From a virus: 64,000 nt of DNA. This document shows positions 28,687 through 38,514 of the stretch, piece by piece. The notes beneath the pieces are model-generated. The model did not search any database. It saw only the letters and a program-made list of their open reading frames with translations, and was not told the origin of the DNA. A program made the position numbers and the translations under genes. Position 1 is the stretch's first letter. Every line of letters begins with the position of its first letter. The stretch spans positions 1 through 64,000 of IMG/VR virus record IMGVR_UViG_3300032116_000033; one strand, given 5' to 3'.

Positions 28687-29397
28687 ATGAACAGCGTCTA
28701 TGTCTCTACAAAATCTCCCCCTAAGATCATCTCGCACCAGGAGATGGTCCTGGCTCCGCCGACCTTCGTAGAAGAGGTCAGAGCATGCTTCAAGAAGAAA
28801 GGCGGTTCCGCTATACTGGGCCCAAACTACCTTAGGGCGATAGCCGAAGAGATCGGCCGCAGGTACGACCGCAGCTTCAACGCGTACCGCAACGTCGTCC
28901 CGCACGACTACATGGGCCGATACTGCGCCTCAGACGAAGAGGTCGCACTGGTGGTTCACGAGATGTTTCAAGCGCGGTATCCCACCATCTACCAGAGATA
29001 CTATGAGACAGTCATAAAGGAAAGATCCTTAGATATCAAAGTCATATATTTCACAGGCGACGAGCAGGACGAGTCTGTCTTCTTCAGGCTCGGCATCGGC
29101 AAGATCGACCTCAGCGAGGCTGGTGCCCATCTCACGGTCGAGAAACCTGTGGAAGAGCGCAAGCCTTCCGTAGAGCAGGTGGTCGACAGGCTCAAGATCA
29201 TGGAAGAAGTGAAGATCGACAGATCTGAGCCAGAGCAACCCAAGCCAGATCCTGAGGTCTCTGAGGCGTTAGACCTTCTTGTAGAGATGGTAGAGCTTGA
29301 AGAAAAACCTGCACCGCTGCCTAAGCCAGAGAAACCCTCTAACAACCACCGCCGAAACCGAGAGCAAAAGGCATCTTCTCAGCCTGTCGATAAATGA
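28687..29397 (+). CDS. hypothetical protein
   Basis: AAGGAG RBS before MNSVYV. Confidence 0.6.
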   Translation: MNSVYVSTKSPPKIISHQEMVLAPPTFVEEVRACFKKKGGSAILGPNYLRAIAEEIGRRYDRSFNAYRNVVPHDYMGRYCASDEEVALVVHEMFQARYPTIYQRYYETVIKERSLDIKVIYFTGDEQDESVFFRLGIGKIDLSEAGAHLTVEKPVEERKPSVEQVVDRLKIMEEVKIDRSEPEQPKPDPEVSEALDLLVEMVELEEKPAPLPKPEKPSNNHRRNREQKASSQPVDK

Positions 29398-29405
29398 ATT
29401 GGATG

Positions 29406-29411
29406 TATAAT
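29406..29411 (+). promoter_or_regulatory. TATAAT box upstream of SSB
   Basis: GTATAAT in a short intergenic gap; same motif at 42831, 47782, 50194 and 56055. Confidence 0.5.
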
Positions 29412-29454
29412 ATCATTAGACATTGTGTCTATTCACTAAACTTAGGAGCTTAAC

Positions 29455-30504
29455 ATGTCAAAGACACCACTCAAGATCAACCTCGATTCTCTCAAAGAGC
29501 GCAAAGGCTGGAAACGCCACGAAGTAAACCAAGGAGACAACGTCTACCGCGTACTGCCGCCGTTCGGCGAGAACTCAGACGGCTACGCTTATCGCCGCTG
29601 GGTCGTAGCATGGCTGACCGACCCTCAGTCCGGCCGTCGTCGTCCGTACGCTTCTCCACGATCGTTCGGCGAAGATGCCTGTCCTGTTACCGAGTACATC
29701 GCTCGCCTCGAGAAGAAGCGCGAAGCCATCGAGACAGAGCTTAAGGCCCAAGGCCTAAGCAAGGAAGAGATCCGAGACCAGCTCAAGCCCATCAGCGACG
29801 TTATCTGGACCACCAAGCCAAAAGCAACGTACGTCTACAACGCCTGCAACAAGGCCGGCGAGGTCGGTCTTCTCGAGCTCAAGAAAACCGCGCACGACGC
29901 CATGAAGAAGCAGATGATGCAGTACGTGACAGACTACGGCCAAGATCCTACCTCTCTCCTGTCAGAGGACGACGACTCTGGCGTGTGGTTCAAGATCCGC
30001 CGAGAAGGCGAGGGCACATCTACCGAGTACTCGGTCTCTAAGAGTCAGGCCAAAGAGAAAACTGCCAAAGGCATCAGCTACATCGACGACCGTGATCCTC
30101 TGCCGCAGAACGTCGTAGACAACTACGACAATCTGGGCTACGATCTTACGACCCTCTACAAGCGCATGTCGTACGAGGAGCTCAAAGATGTCTTGATGGC
30201 AAATCTTTCCGTGATCTACCAGCAGAACCCAGACGCAGCGGTAGACGGCTTCTTGGTCGAGGAAGACGAGCTTCCAGCGCCTACACCCATCAAGAAGGCT
30301 CAGGCTCCAGCCGCAAAGAAGATCACGACCCGCTTCGACGACGCAGACGATGAAGAGACTCCTCCTTGGGAAGCCAAGAAGCCCGTAGCGCAAGCTCAGG
30401 CACAAACGCAAGCCAAAAAGCCTACACCGGCACCAGCCAGCAAAGCTCGCGCTTCGTCCGACGACGATATCTTCTCTTACGCAGAATCACTCCTCGACAA
30501 CTGA
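29455..30504 (+). CDS. single-stranded DNA-binding protein (gp32-like)
   Basis: YRVLPP, CPV, DPT...G.WF...EY pattern; acidic tail; adjacent to recA. Confidence 0.75.
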   Translation: MSKTPLKINLDSLKERKGWKRHEVNQGDNVYRVLPPFGENSDGYAYRRWVVAWLTDPQSGRRRPYASPRSFGEDACPVTEYIARLEKKREAIETELKAQGLSKEEIRDQLKPISDVIWTTKPKATYVYNACNKAGEVGLLELKKTAHDAMKKQMMQYVTDYGQDPTSLLSEDDDSGVWFKIRREGEGTSTEYSVSKSQAKEKTAKGISYIDDRDPLPQNVVDNYDNLGYDLTTLYKRMSYEELKDVLMANLSVIYQQNPDAAVDGFLVEEDELPAPTPIKKAQAPAAKKITTRFDDADDEETPPWEAKKPVAQAQAQTQAKKPTPAPASKARASSDDDIFSYAESLLDN

Positions 30505-30512
30505 GGTGAACC

Positions 30513-30986
30513 GTGTCTGTAGACCTTGCAACGATAGAGTCTACGCTGGAGGCGATCGACCTAAAGAAGATCGCCGAGTTCACCAGAAAGCTCAGCGACA
30601 TCGGACAAGGCTTCAACAAGATGATGGCTCCCGTGTATCTGCGGGAGTTCATCATCGCGTATGACGTCACGTCAGTGATGCACGCTAAAGCGGTTCAGGC
30701 AGAGCTCAACGCAAAATCAGCAGTAGATACAGCAGAAGCGATCGCATACCTAGACAGAGCACCAGACTTCTTCAGGCAAAGAAACGAGAAGCCCACGGTC
30801 GAGTCCCGTAAGGCGTACGTGGCACTGGACCCTGACGTTCAGCACGCCAAGGAAGTTCACGCCAGGGCACAAGCCATGTCCCTCCTGATGAGGAACAAGG
30901 TGCAAGAATTTAGGTTCGCGATCGATGCGGTAAAGAAACTGTCAGAAGATGGATACATGACGCCTTGGGAAGGCATGAAAGGATGA
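30513..30986 (+). CDS. UvsY-like recombination mediator (putative)
   Basis: Helical 157 aa between SSB and RecA; KAYVALDPDV resembles the UvsY pattern. Confidence 0.45.
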   Translation: MSVDLATIESTLEAIDLKKIAEFTRKLSDIGQGFNKMMAPVYLREFIIAYDVTSVMHAKAVQAELNAKSAVDTAEAIAYLDRAPDFFRQRNEKPTVESRKAYVALDPDVQHAKEVHARAQAMSLLMRNKVQEFRFAIDAVKKLSEDGYMTPWEGMKG

Positions 30987-30992
30987 AGTGTA

Positions 30993-31676
30993 GTGTCTGT
31001 GGATAAAACAGATTTTCAAATAAGGATTCAAAATAGCGGCAAAAGACAAAAGCTCTACAGACACTATTGTGATAAATGTGGTTTAGATAGGGGATATATT
31101 GTCTACTCTAAGATGAGTGATATTTCTTCTGCTGATAGGCCATGTAAAAAATGCAGAGATAAAGTGGTTGGTCTAGCTTCAATTGGTAGAGTCCCTACCA
31201 ACAAGGGCAAGCCAATGAGTGAAGATATGAAGCAAAAGCTTCGCAAAGCAAATCTAGGAAAGTCTCCCCCTAACAAGGGACAGAGCGTCTCAGAAGAAAC
31301 AAAGATAAAGATTAGTTGCAAGGTTCGTGGAATATCACTAGATGAGTTTGATGACTTTGGCTGGAAGCAGGAAGCCGTTAGAAAACAGCAGTTTGATATT
31401 AAACTTCGTAAGCAGTGTTTTGAGTTAGCAGACTATACTTGTGATTGTTGCTCTAAAAGAGGTGTGGCATTGAATGCTCATCATCTATACGATTATGCAA
31501 ATCATCCTCACCTTTTGAACGAGTTAAGCAATCTGGTATGTCTTTGCGAAACATGCCATAAAGAATTTCATGTCAGACACGGTAGAACGCAAAGAAATAA
31601 GAAGATCTTAAACACCAAAGAGCAATATTTAGAATTTAAGGAGCATAAAAATGTCGACAAACAAATGGATGTCTAA
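30993..31676 (+). CDS. HNH homing endonuclease with NUMOD3 repeats
   Basis: NKGKPMSEDMKQKL and NKGQSVSEETKIKIS; CDCC..LNAHH...NLVCLCETCHKEFH; AT-rich. Confidence 0.85.
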   Translation: MSVDKTDFQIRIQNSGKRQKLYRHYCDKCGLDRGYIVYSKMSDISSADRPCKKCRDKVVGLASIGRVPTNKGKPMSEDMKQKLRKANLGKSPPNKGQSVSEETKIKISCKVRGISLDEFDDFGWKQEAVRKQQFDIKLRKQCFELADYTCDCCSKRGVALNAHHLYDYANHPHLLNELSNLVCLCETCHKEFHVRHGRTQRNKKILNTKEQYLEFKEHKNVDKQMDV

Positions 31677-32739
31677 ACTAACAAGCGATATAGGCGTTGC
31701 TGTATCTAAGTTAAGATCTCAAACACCCTCGGCTATTCCTACTTGGTCTCCGTCTTTAAATTGGGCCACGTGCCAAGGCGGCTTTATCCCAGGCAAAGTG
31801 AATATTTTATATGGTCCAGAGAGCTCTGGAAAATCGATGCTCGCTATGATGGCGCTGATCGAGCTTCAGAGGCTTGATAAAGAGGCTTTAGCGATCTGGT
31901 TTGATGCCGAGTACTCCTTCAATTCACAGATGTTCATCAAACTAGGCGGCGACGCAGATCGTCTTGTCGTAAGGAAATCAAACGATCCGGTTAAGATCTT
32001 CGACTATATCGGCGGTGAGATGCTTGAGCTGATTCAGGATGGCGCACCGATCAAGGCCATTGTGATCGATTCGATTAAGTCGATCAGATATCCTAAGGAC
32101 GTACGCAAGCAGACCACTGACCAAATTATGGGTGGTAGTGGATCCCAGTACCTCGGCTCTGCGTTGAAACTCGTGGTCCCCGTAGTTGCAGAACATAAAC
32201 TATTAACCCTGTTTATTCAACAAGTTACGGCGCAAATGGACCCGATGAAGGCACTGCGCAACCCGTACGTCATCTCAGAAGGCCACGCGCTCAAGCACGC
32301 GGCAGATCTTATGCTTGAGATCACACGCGTTGACTCTAAGAAGGGCGTGATCGAGTCAGGCGAGACCATAACCGGCGCAGCGGCTCAAGTAGGCCACAAG
32401 GTTCGCGTAAAGGTGAAGAAGAACCGGATGGGCGCGCCTGCTCGCCAGGCAGAGTTCACGTTCCACTACGACCTAGGCGTCATCGACACGGGAGGCGAGA
32501 TCTTCGAGCTCGCTAAAGCATTGGGTGTCATCAAGCATCCTACAAACCCAGACACAGGCAGAGAGAACCCGCAGATGTGGTGCTTCGCAAACGAGGCACC
32601 GGTTCGCGGCGAGCAGAACATCAAGAACATGGTGATAGGGGACAAAGATCTCCAGAACCGTATCCTAAGTGCCTGCTACGAGCATCAGGACGCCAAGGTC
32701 GAGATCGACTCGTCTGGGTTTGTGGAAGACGACGTATGA
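31651..32739 (+). CDS. recA: RecA/UvsX recombinase
   Basis: YGPESSGKS, FDAE, IVIDSI, GHALKH, VKKNR. Confidence 0.9.
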   Translation: MSTNKWMSKLTSDIGVAVSKLRSQTPSAIPTWSPSLNWATCQGGFIPGKVNILYGPESSGKSMLAMMALIELQRLDKEALAIWFDAEYSFNSQMFIKLGGDADRLVVRKSNDPVKIFDYIGGEMLELIQDGAPIKAIVIDSIKSIRYPKDVRKQTTDQIMGGSGSQYLGSALKLVVPVVAEHKLLTLFIQQVTAQMDPMKALRNPYVISEGHALKHAADLMLEITRVDSKKGVIESGETITGAAAQVGHKVRVKVKKNRMGAPARQAEFTFHYDLGVIDTGGEIFELAKALGVIKHPTNPDTGRENPQMWCFANEAPVRGEQNIKNMVIGDKDLQNRILSACYEHQDAKVEIDSSGFVEDDV

Positions 32740-33043
32740 ACACCTTAGCGAACCACAACCTAAGACGATTAGTAAAGGGCCGTTTCCTGATTGTCAGGGT
32801 TGTGTACGCGTTCTGCAGACTCAAGATGAGTAGAAGCATCGCTATATCGGATCCAGAGATAGAGCGACTGCTTTCGATAGCAGGAAGTCGCGGTCTATGA
32901 TGCGTGATCCTGACGACGACTATGATCTAGACTCGTTTGAGGCATACATGGTGTATGTGTGCTTCATACGAGCCATAGAGCGACTCAAGATAGTCAAGAG
33001 CATCGACTCGATAAATCTCAGCTTCAAGATCTGAAGGAAAGAT

Positions 33044-34036
33044 ATGACTAGAATCCTGCTCATCGGCGACCCACATATCCGCCACACCCATCTTTCAGAG
33101 GGCAAGGCCCTACTGGAGTGGGTGGAGTTTATCGCCGAGACCAAGAAGCCAGACTTGATCGTAAACCTAGGCGACACGTTCGACACCCACGCCATTATCC
33201 GAGCAGAGGTGATGTGTACGGTCTCTAGGCATCTCGACCGTCTCCTCGAGCTCAAGATCCCGACCGTGCTTCTCCTAGGCAACCACGACATGCATAAACC
33301 CAACTCAAGCGAGTATCACGCGCTCGAGCCTTTCGAGAGTAAAAACCTGATAGTGGCCGACGTCGTCACCGTGGCAGACGGCATAACGTATGTCCCCTAC
33401 GTCCATGACCCAAGAGACTGGCCTAAGATCTCAACCAGCGTCGCGATAACGCACAACACATTCATAGGCGCAGACTATGGCTTCAAGACGGCTACTGACG
33501 GAATCTCAACTGATGTCTTGGATTGCGACCTTGTCGCATCTGGGCATATTCACAAGAAGCAGGTTCTCGAGTATGGACCGATGGGATCTGGCAGAGTTCT
33601 ATACCCAGGTACGCCTATGTGTCTATCTGCAGGCGATGCGGGACAGACCAAAGGACTCACCATACTAGACATATCCGATATGTCCCAGGAGTTCATAGAG
33701 TCACCCTTTCCTATGTGGCGGACCCTAGACTTCGAGGTCGGCAAAGATTCTGCTATGAACATAAACTCGACAGACATGTGGATAGTAAAACTTATAGGGC
33801 CAAGGGCAGAGGTCAAGGCCATGCTCGAGTCCAAAGAGATCAAGGAACTCAAGAAAGTGGCCCACGTGACCTTCAAGACCGAGTTCACGGACACGGCAAG
33901 ATCATCCAGGGTCTCTATATCGGCTCCTACGATCGAGACTATGACCGACCAGTACGTAGACAAGGTCTACGCTGGAGGAATCGACAGGGACACCCTTAAG
34001 TCAACCCTGAGACACTACACGAGGACGGATCGATGA
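33044..34036 (+). CDS. Mre11/SbcD/gp47-like nuclease
   Basis: GDPH, GDTFD, GNHD, SGHIH motifs. Confidence 0.88.
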   Translation: MTRILLIGDPHIRHTHLSEGKALLEWVEFIAETKKPDLIVNLGDTFDTHAIIRAEVMCTVSRHLDRLLELKIPTVLLLGNHDMHKPNSSEYHALEPFESKNLIVADVVTVADGITYVPYVHDPRDWPKISTSVAITHNTFIGADYGFKTATDGISTDVLDCDLVASGHIHKKQVLEYGPMGSGRVLYPGTPMCLSAGDAGQTKGLTILDISDMSQEFIESPFPMWRTLDFEVGKDSAMNINSTDMWIVKLIGPRAEVKAMLESKEIKELKKVAHVTFKTEFTDTARSSRVSISAPTIETMTDQYVDKVYAGGIDRDTLKSTLRHYTRTDR

Positions 34037-34458
34037 GCACGGTATCCAGCGAGTACCTAGACCAGCAGCGCTGGCTTATGAACAGCGGCCTCTTCACCGA
34101 CAACGCCAAAGACACGCTTTTCATGTACGGCAGCATCGTCAACAAGCACATTACAGCACTGGAACTATCGATAGATCCAGACAATAAGCGCGTACACTAC
34201 GTCTTGTATGCGGCCCCATCCTTGGTCAAAGCTTATAATAAGTATCAAGAGCTCAAGAGTCTAGGCTCTGTATGGGCTATGTGGAGAACAAGACGTATCC
34301 TTAGCAATAACGGAAACCTTGAGTTTCAGCAGTTGCTGTCGACGTTTGTGCGGTCGTATTGTGGCCCGGGATGGGCCACATCAATGGAGTTAAAGAAGAG
34401 TTCTGAGTATGAGGAACAAAGATCCAAAGATAATGATGATAAAGGAAAAGATCGATAG
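34033..34458 (+). CDS. hypothetical protein
   Basis: ATGA overlap with the upstream gene. Confidence 0.6.
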   Translation: MSTVSSEYLDQQRWLMNSGLFTDNAKDTLFMYGSIVNKHITALELSIDPDNKRVHYVLYAAPSLVKAYNKYQELKSLGSVWAMWRTRRILSNNGNLEFQQLLSTFVRSYCGPGWATSMELKKSSEYEEQRSKDNDDKGKDR

Positions 34459-34843
34459 ACTTTCGACCAACGAGGACGATCGTCAGGATCTTTGGGTGCG
34501 ATACCTAGAAAACCCTGACTCTGATTTATACAGTAATATCGAAGACATAAGCTTCAGAAACTCTATAAGAGACAGGATCGCCGACGACATAGTGAACCTC
34601 TACACCTCAACGCTTAAGGTCGGCTTTGTTCAGAATATACTCAGTAATTTCACCGACCTAGAGCGCTCAATCATAGTTCTCATCCTTTTAGGTCTATCCA
34701 ACGAGCAGATATCAAGGTATAAGATGATAGGGTTGCTGCGTCTAAATCAGACGCTGCACAACATCTCTTTGCACCCAGTGTGGGAGACCTTGCGTGTCGA
34801 AGAAAAAGCTAAGCTCGGAGCAGAAGCACGGGCTGACCGGTGA
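34409..34843 (+). CDS. small sigma-factor-like / HTH protein
   Basis: EDDRQDLWV (region 2-like) and FTDLERSIIVLILLGLSNEQIS (region 4-like HTH). Confidence 0.5.
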   Translation: MRNKDPKIMMIKEKIDRLSTNEDDRQDLWVRYLENPDSDLYSNIEDISFRNSIRDRIADDIVNLYTSTLKVGFVQNILSNFTDLERSIIVLILLGLSNEQISRYKMIGLLRLNQTLHNISLHPVWETLRVEEKAKLGAEARADR

Positions 34844-35405
34844 ACAGATCGCAGAGATCGAGCGTTACCTTCGTCAGCCGACTGCGTCAGGCGCGATAGA
34901 CAAACAAGAAGCATCACCGATATACGAGCTGTTCCTGATCGGCTACAGCACCGAGGAACTTGCCGCTCGATTTCCGCAGTACTCCAAGTCGCGCATACTG
35001 TACACGGCTGCCGCCGGCGGATGGGTGAAGGACAAGGAAAGGCTGGCGAGCTCGATATACGACCGCATCAGGGCCAGGATAATCAGGTCCACCGTAGAGC
35101 AGGTCGAGTTCCTGACCGACATGATAACCGTTTCGTCGGTCGAGAACGCGGACGAGATAAGGAAGTTCCTTGACGATCCCAAGAACAACCCGCTGCCGAA
35201 CATGCGCATAAAGAACTTCAAAGAGTACCAGCAGGTCATCGACACCTTGGCCAAGGTCACCGACTCGGTCCGCTCGCTCACCAACCCGAACGCGCAGCAG
35301 GAGGCGAGGGTGGTAAAGACTAAGTCGACGAAGAAGCTTCTGCCAAAGTCAGAAGAGGCCATGCTCCTTGAGCAGCTCGTGCAGGTAGACGACGATGGAC
35401 AGTAA
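34794..35405 (+). CDS. putative terminase small subunit
   Basis: HTH-like N-half; directly upstream of and overlapping terL. Confidence 0.5.
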   Translation: MSKKKLSSEQKHGLTGEQIAEIERYLRQPTASGAIDKQEASPIYELFLIGYSTEELAARFPQYSKSRILYTAAAGGWVKDKERLASSIYDRIRARIIRSTVEQVEFLTDMITVSSVENADEIRKFLDDPKNNPLPNMRIKNFKEYQQVIDTLAKVTDSVRSLTNPNAQQEARVVKTKSTKKLLPKSEEAMLLEQLVQVDDDGQ

Positions 35406-37650
35406 GAACAGGACATGCACCGTAGAAGGCTGCAGCAAACCGTTGAAGTCCAGAGGCTACTGCACCGGGCACTATAAGTCTATAATCGACCGACCAAAGA
35501 TCAAGCAGAAGAAGATCGAGGAGACCAAGGCTGCGCGCCAGGAGGTGATAAACCGCAAGATCTCAGAGAACGCGTCCAAGTTTACGCCAGAGCAGCTGGA
35601 GCGTATACTGCTAACGCCGTGCCGCACGGAGAAAGACCTCAAGAACTTTATCCGGTACTTCTTCAACCTACACCTGCCAGACTGCAAGGTCTCCAGGTAT
35701 GCAGACACCACTCCTTTTCATGCAGTTTGGGACGTGTACGACATATGCACGAACAACAACAATCCGCAAAATATCCAAGAATTACTGTATGTTGCAGGAA
35801 GGGGCAGCGGTAAGTGCGTTTCGCAAGATACTGTAATCATTACCAATAGTGGTACCAAATATGTACAAAACGTTAAGGTTGGCGATTTAGTTTGGACCGG
35901 CTGGTCCTGGAAACCCGTGGTCGAAACTTTTGACGAAGGCATTAAAGATGGCGTAACCATTACTACCAAACATCTTACCAAAGATGGCGCATGGTCTTTG
36001 ACTGGTTCCTTAAAGCATCGTGTTCAAGCCCTTGACCCCGAGACCGGCAAGATCGACTGGGTCTACATGAAAAATCTTATTCCGGGCCAGTTGATCTATA
36101 GGTCCTTAGAGTCACTAGGTGCCTTAGTAGACACGTCTTCTAACGATTACGAACTAGGATGGCTTGTTGGCTGCATAACCGGAGATGGTTCTGTTAGTCG
36201 CTTTGATAATGCCATATCTTTTGCCGCAAAAGATAAAGATCAATTAGCAATATATATAGATACTATAGTCAAACATTTTGGCGTAGAACCAAAAGTGAAA
36301 TATGACAAAAGATCGCCAAATCTCAGTATAGCTGGTATCTGTAGCAAGGCTTTAAGAGAATACTGCGACTCCATTATCGAGGGCGAACTCTGCTATTTCA
36401 AAAAGCTGAAGACATTGAACCATAGTCCAAGTTTTCTGGCTGGTTTTATATCTGGAATGATGGAGACCGATGGCTCCAAAGACTCGATAACGTTAGCCAA
36501 TCCAGAGCTCATAAAACAAATAGCTCAGATTTTGAATTTATTCGGTGTTCATGCCGTCATCAACAAAAAACGACGCAAGCCTTCTACAACTAAGTTTGTT
36601 AAAGACCACGTAGTGGAGTATCACTGCGTCGATTATAAAACCGCTCTACCAGAATATTTGATGCCATTGTTCTCTAAGCGCGAGGCCTTCAAGATCTACA
36701 GCGCTAAGATGAACGAGCAGTTTCGCTATCCGTCTAAATTGTTGAAACCCTTTGCATCTTTTATAAAAGACAAGTATGAGATCGCGAATGGATACTGGCG
36801 TCTCGAGGCGGGAAAAAAGACCCACTCCGATATAAAGTATTCTAAAGATCTTTGGGGATCTGGCGAGAAGGCTAAGGAGCTTTATGTCTACGGTTACAAG
36901 ATCGATTATTTCATAGATCTAGCGAAACGCCTAGAGGAATATGATTGGGCCGACTACCTTTCCTTCGTCAGGAGGGGGTGTTACGAGACCGTAGATTCAG
37001 TTGCCTTTGGCAAACATTACTTCTACGATCTTGAAGTAGACGTCGATCACGCGTACTGGTCGAACGGCTTCATCAGCCACAACACCCTCGGCATGGCCAT
37101 AGCTGAGCTTCTAGTGCTGATGCACGATCAGCGCGATGTGGTGCACGTGGGCGCGATCCTTTCTCAGGCAAAACGATGCTACGAGTATCAGCAGAAATTC
37201 CTTCTTTCAGACCGAATAAAGCCGATAGTGAACCCACCGAAGGTCAGCGAAGAGAACAAGATCCTAGAGAAGATGACGATGGAGAAGTCAGTGTTCAACA
37301 TCAAGAGTGAGAAAGTCACACTTGAAGTGCTCCCGTGCACGCTGCGAGCGTGCCTGGTTTCCTCCGCTACGTCAACCGATGTGCATGGTACAATAAGATC
37401 ATTGGCAGATTTCAAGCCAGGCGATTTTATCAAAGACACCACCGGCTTCGTCGAGGTCCTCGGCAACGAGCTAGAAGACGCCGAGTGCATAAGGATAGAG
37501 CTAGAAGATGGAAGAGTCATCGAAGGAACCCTCGACCACAAAGTCTGGACCCAGCGCGGATGGATCGAGCTTCAGCACCTCACCGACGCCGACGAGATCT
37601 CATCCTTGGAAAGCACCTCAACGCGAGCGCATGCAGAAGTTAAAGCGTAA
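35395..37650 (+). CDS. terL: terminase large subunit, N-terminal precursor (cis intein + split-intein N half)
   Basis: Walker A AGRGSGK|T interrupted by an intein; ORF ends in an intein N fragment. Confidence 0.88.
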   Translation: MDSKNRTCTVEGCSKPLKSRGYCTGHYKSIIDRPKIKQKKIEETKAARQEVINRKISENASKFTPEQLERILLTPCRTEKDLKNFIRYFFNLHLPDCKVSRYADTTPFHAVWDVYDICTNNNNPQNIQELLYVAGRGSGKCVSQDTVIITNSGTKYVQNVKVGDLVWTGWSWKPVVETFDEGIKDGVTITTKHLTKDGAWSLTGSLKHRVQALDPETGKIDWVYMKNLIPGQLIYRSLESLGALVDTSSNDYELGWLVGCITGDGSVSRFDNAISFAAKDKDQLAIYIDTIVKHFGVEPKVKYDKRSPNLSIAGICSKALREYCDSIIEGELCYFKKLKTLNHSPSFLAGFISGMMETDGSKDSITLANPELIKQIAQILNLFGVHAVINKKRRKPSTTKFVKDHVVEYHCVDYKTALPEYLMPLFSKREAFKIYSAKMNEQFRYPSKLLKPFASFIKDKYEIANGYWRLEAGKKTHSDIKYSKDLWGSGEKAKELYVYGYKIDYFIDLAKRLEEYDWADYLSFVRRGCYETVDSVAFGKHYFYDLEVDVDHAYWSNGFISHNTLGMAIAELLVLMHDQRDVVHVGAILSQAKRCYEYQQKFLLSDRIKPIVNPPKVSEENKILEKMTMEKSVFNIKSEKVTLEVLPCTLRACLVSSATSTDVHGTIRSLADFKPGDFIKDTTGFVEVLGNELEDAECIRIELEDGRVIEGTLDHKVWTQRGWIELQHLTDADEISSLESTSTRAHAEVKA
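35815..37083 (+). mobile_element. cis intein 1 (423 aa, LAGLIDADG) in TerL Walker A
   Basis: Starts CVSQDT; SLKH block B; LVGCITGDG and FISGMMETDG; ends FYDLEV...ISHN followed by Thr. Confidence 0.92.
37351..37647 (+). mobile_element. split intein, N half (99 aa)
   Basis: CLVSSA start; IELEDGRVIEGTLDHKVWTQRGW block B; stop codon with no C-terminal block. Confidence 0.88.
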
Positions 37651-38428
37651 AGCCGACTACTGTGAATCCTGCCAGAAGCCTCTCTACAAGAATGTCTACA
37701 CGACGTGCAAGGAATGCCGCCTAGATAAAGGCTGCACCAAGTGTGGTTCCTCTATCTTTCGCAGGGGCATGTGTAGGTCCCATTACGATAAAGATAGATT
37801 TGCAACTCGACCTAGATGCTCCGAATATGACTGCAAAGAAAATGCAAAGCACAACGGGCTTTGTTCTGTGCACTACAACGCCAACAAACTAAAACAGGCC
37901 CCAGAGTGCTCAATTTCTGGGTGCACAAAGAAGGTTGAGAAAAAAGGCTTATGTGGCACGCATTATCAAGCGTGGCGAATTAGGCAACCTAAAAAGAAAT
38001 GCTCCCATGCTTCATGCGACAACAATGCCTTCAAGCATAAACTTTGTTTTTCACACTGGAAGATATTCGATCCAGAAACGGCTTTCGTGCGCGGCATAAG
38101 GGTGAGGATAACCAACTCGATCAACAGGCGCTACAAGAAGAACGACAAGGCCGAGAAGCTGTTGGGGCTCAACATAGAGGGAGTTAGAAGACACCTGGAG
38201 TCCTTGTTCCAGCCGGGGATGTCGTGGGACAACTTTGGTAGCTGGCACATCGACCACATATGTCCTTGTTCTCAGGCTCAGAACGAAGAAGAGCTCATAA
38301 AGCTGCAGCACTACACCAACCTTAGCCCGATGTGGAAAGACGAGAACTTCGCAAAGCGTGACACTGCTACGGAGCAAGCAATAGCATCGTGCAGTAGGCT
38401 TCTGGGAAGGGGGTGGATTGGTCCATGA
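37631..38428 (+). CDS. HNH homing endonuclease with repeated CCCH zinc fingers, inside the fractured terL locus
   Basis: Cx4Cx9Cx2H(Y/W) repeats; GMSWDNFG.WHIDHICP...HYTNL; likely start MQKLKR overlaps the terL-N stop. Confidence 0.8.
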   Translation: MQKLKRKADYCESCQKPLYKNVYTTCKECRLDKGCTKCGSSIFRRGMCRSHYDKDRFATRPRCSEYDCKENAKHNGLCSVHYNANKLKQAPECSISGCTKKVEKKGLCGTHYQAWRIRQPKKKCSHASCDNNAFKHKLCFSHWKIFDPETAFVRGIRVRITNSINRRYKKNDKAEKLLGLNIEGVRRHLESLFQPGMSWDNFGSWHIDHICPCSQAQNEEELIKLQHYTNLSPMWKDENFAKRDTATEQAIASCSRLLGRGWIGP

Positions 38429-38481
38429 GCTGCTTTGTAAAAAAAATGCACCGTAATCAAGGCTAATTGATAAATATCGGG

Positions 38482-38514
38482 TATAATCCCTATGGCACTA
38501 AGGGGATTATATTG
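38482..38514 (+). promoter_or_regulatory. TATAAT in the 5' arm of a hairpin masking the RBS of the endonuclease gene
   Basis: TATAATCCC / GGGATTATA perfect 9-bp stem; AAGGGG RBS; in-frame TTG at 38512. Confidence 0.6.
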
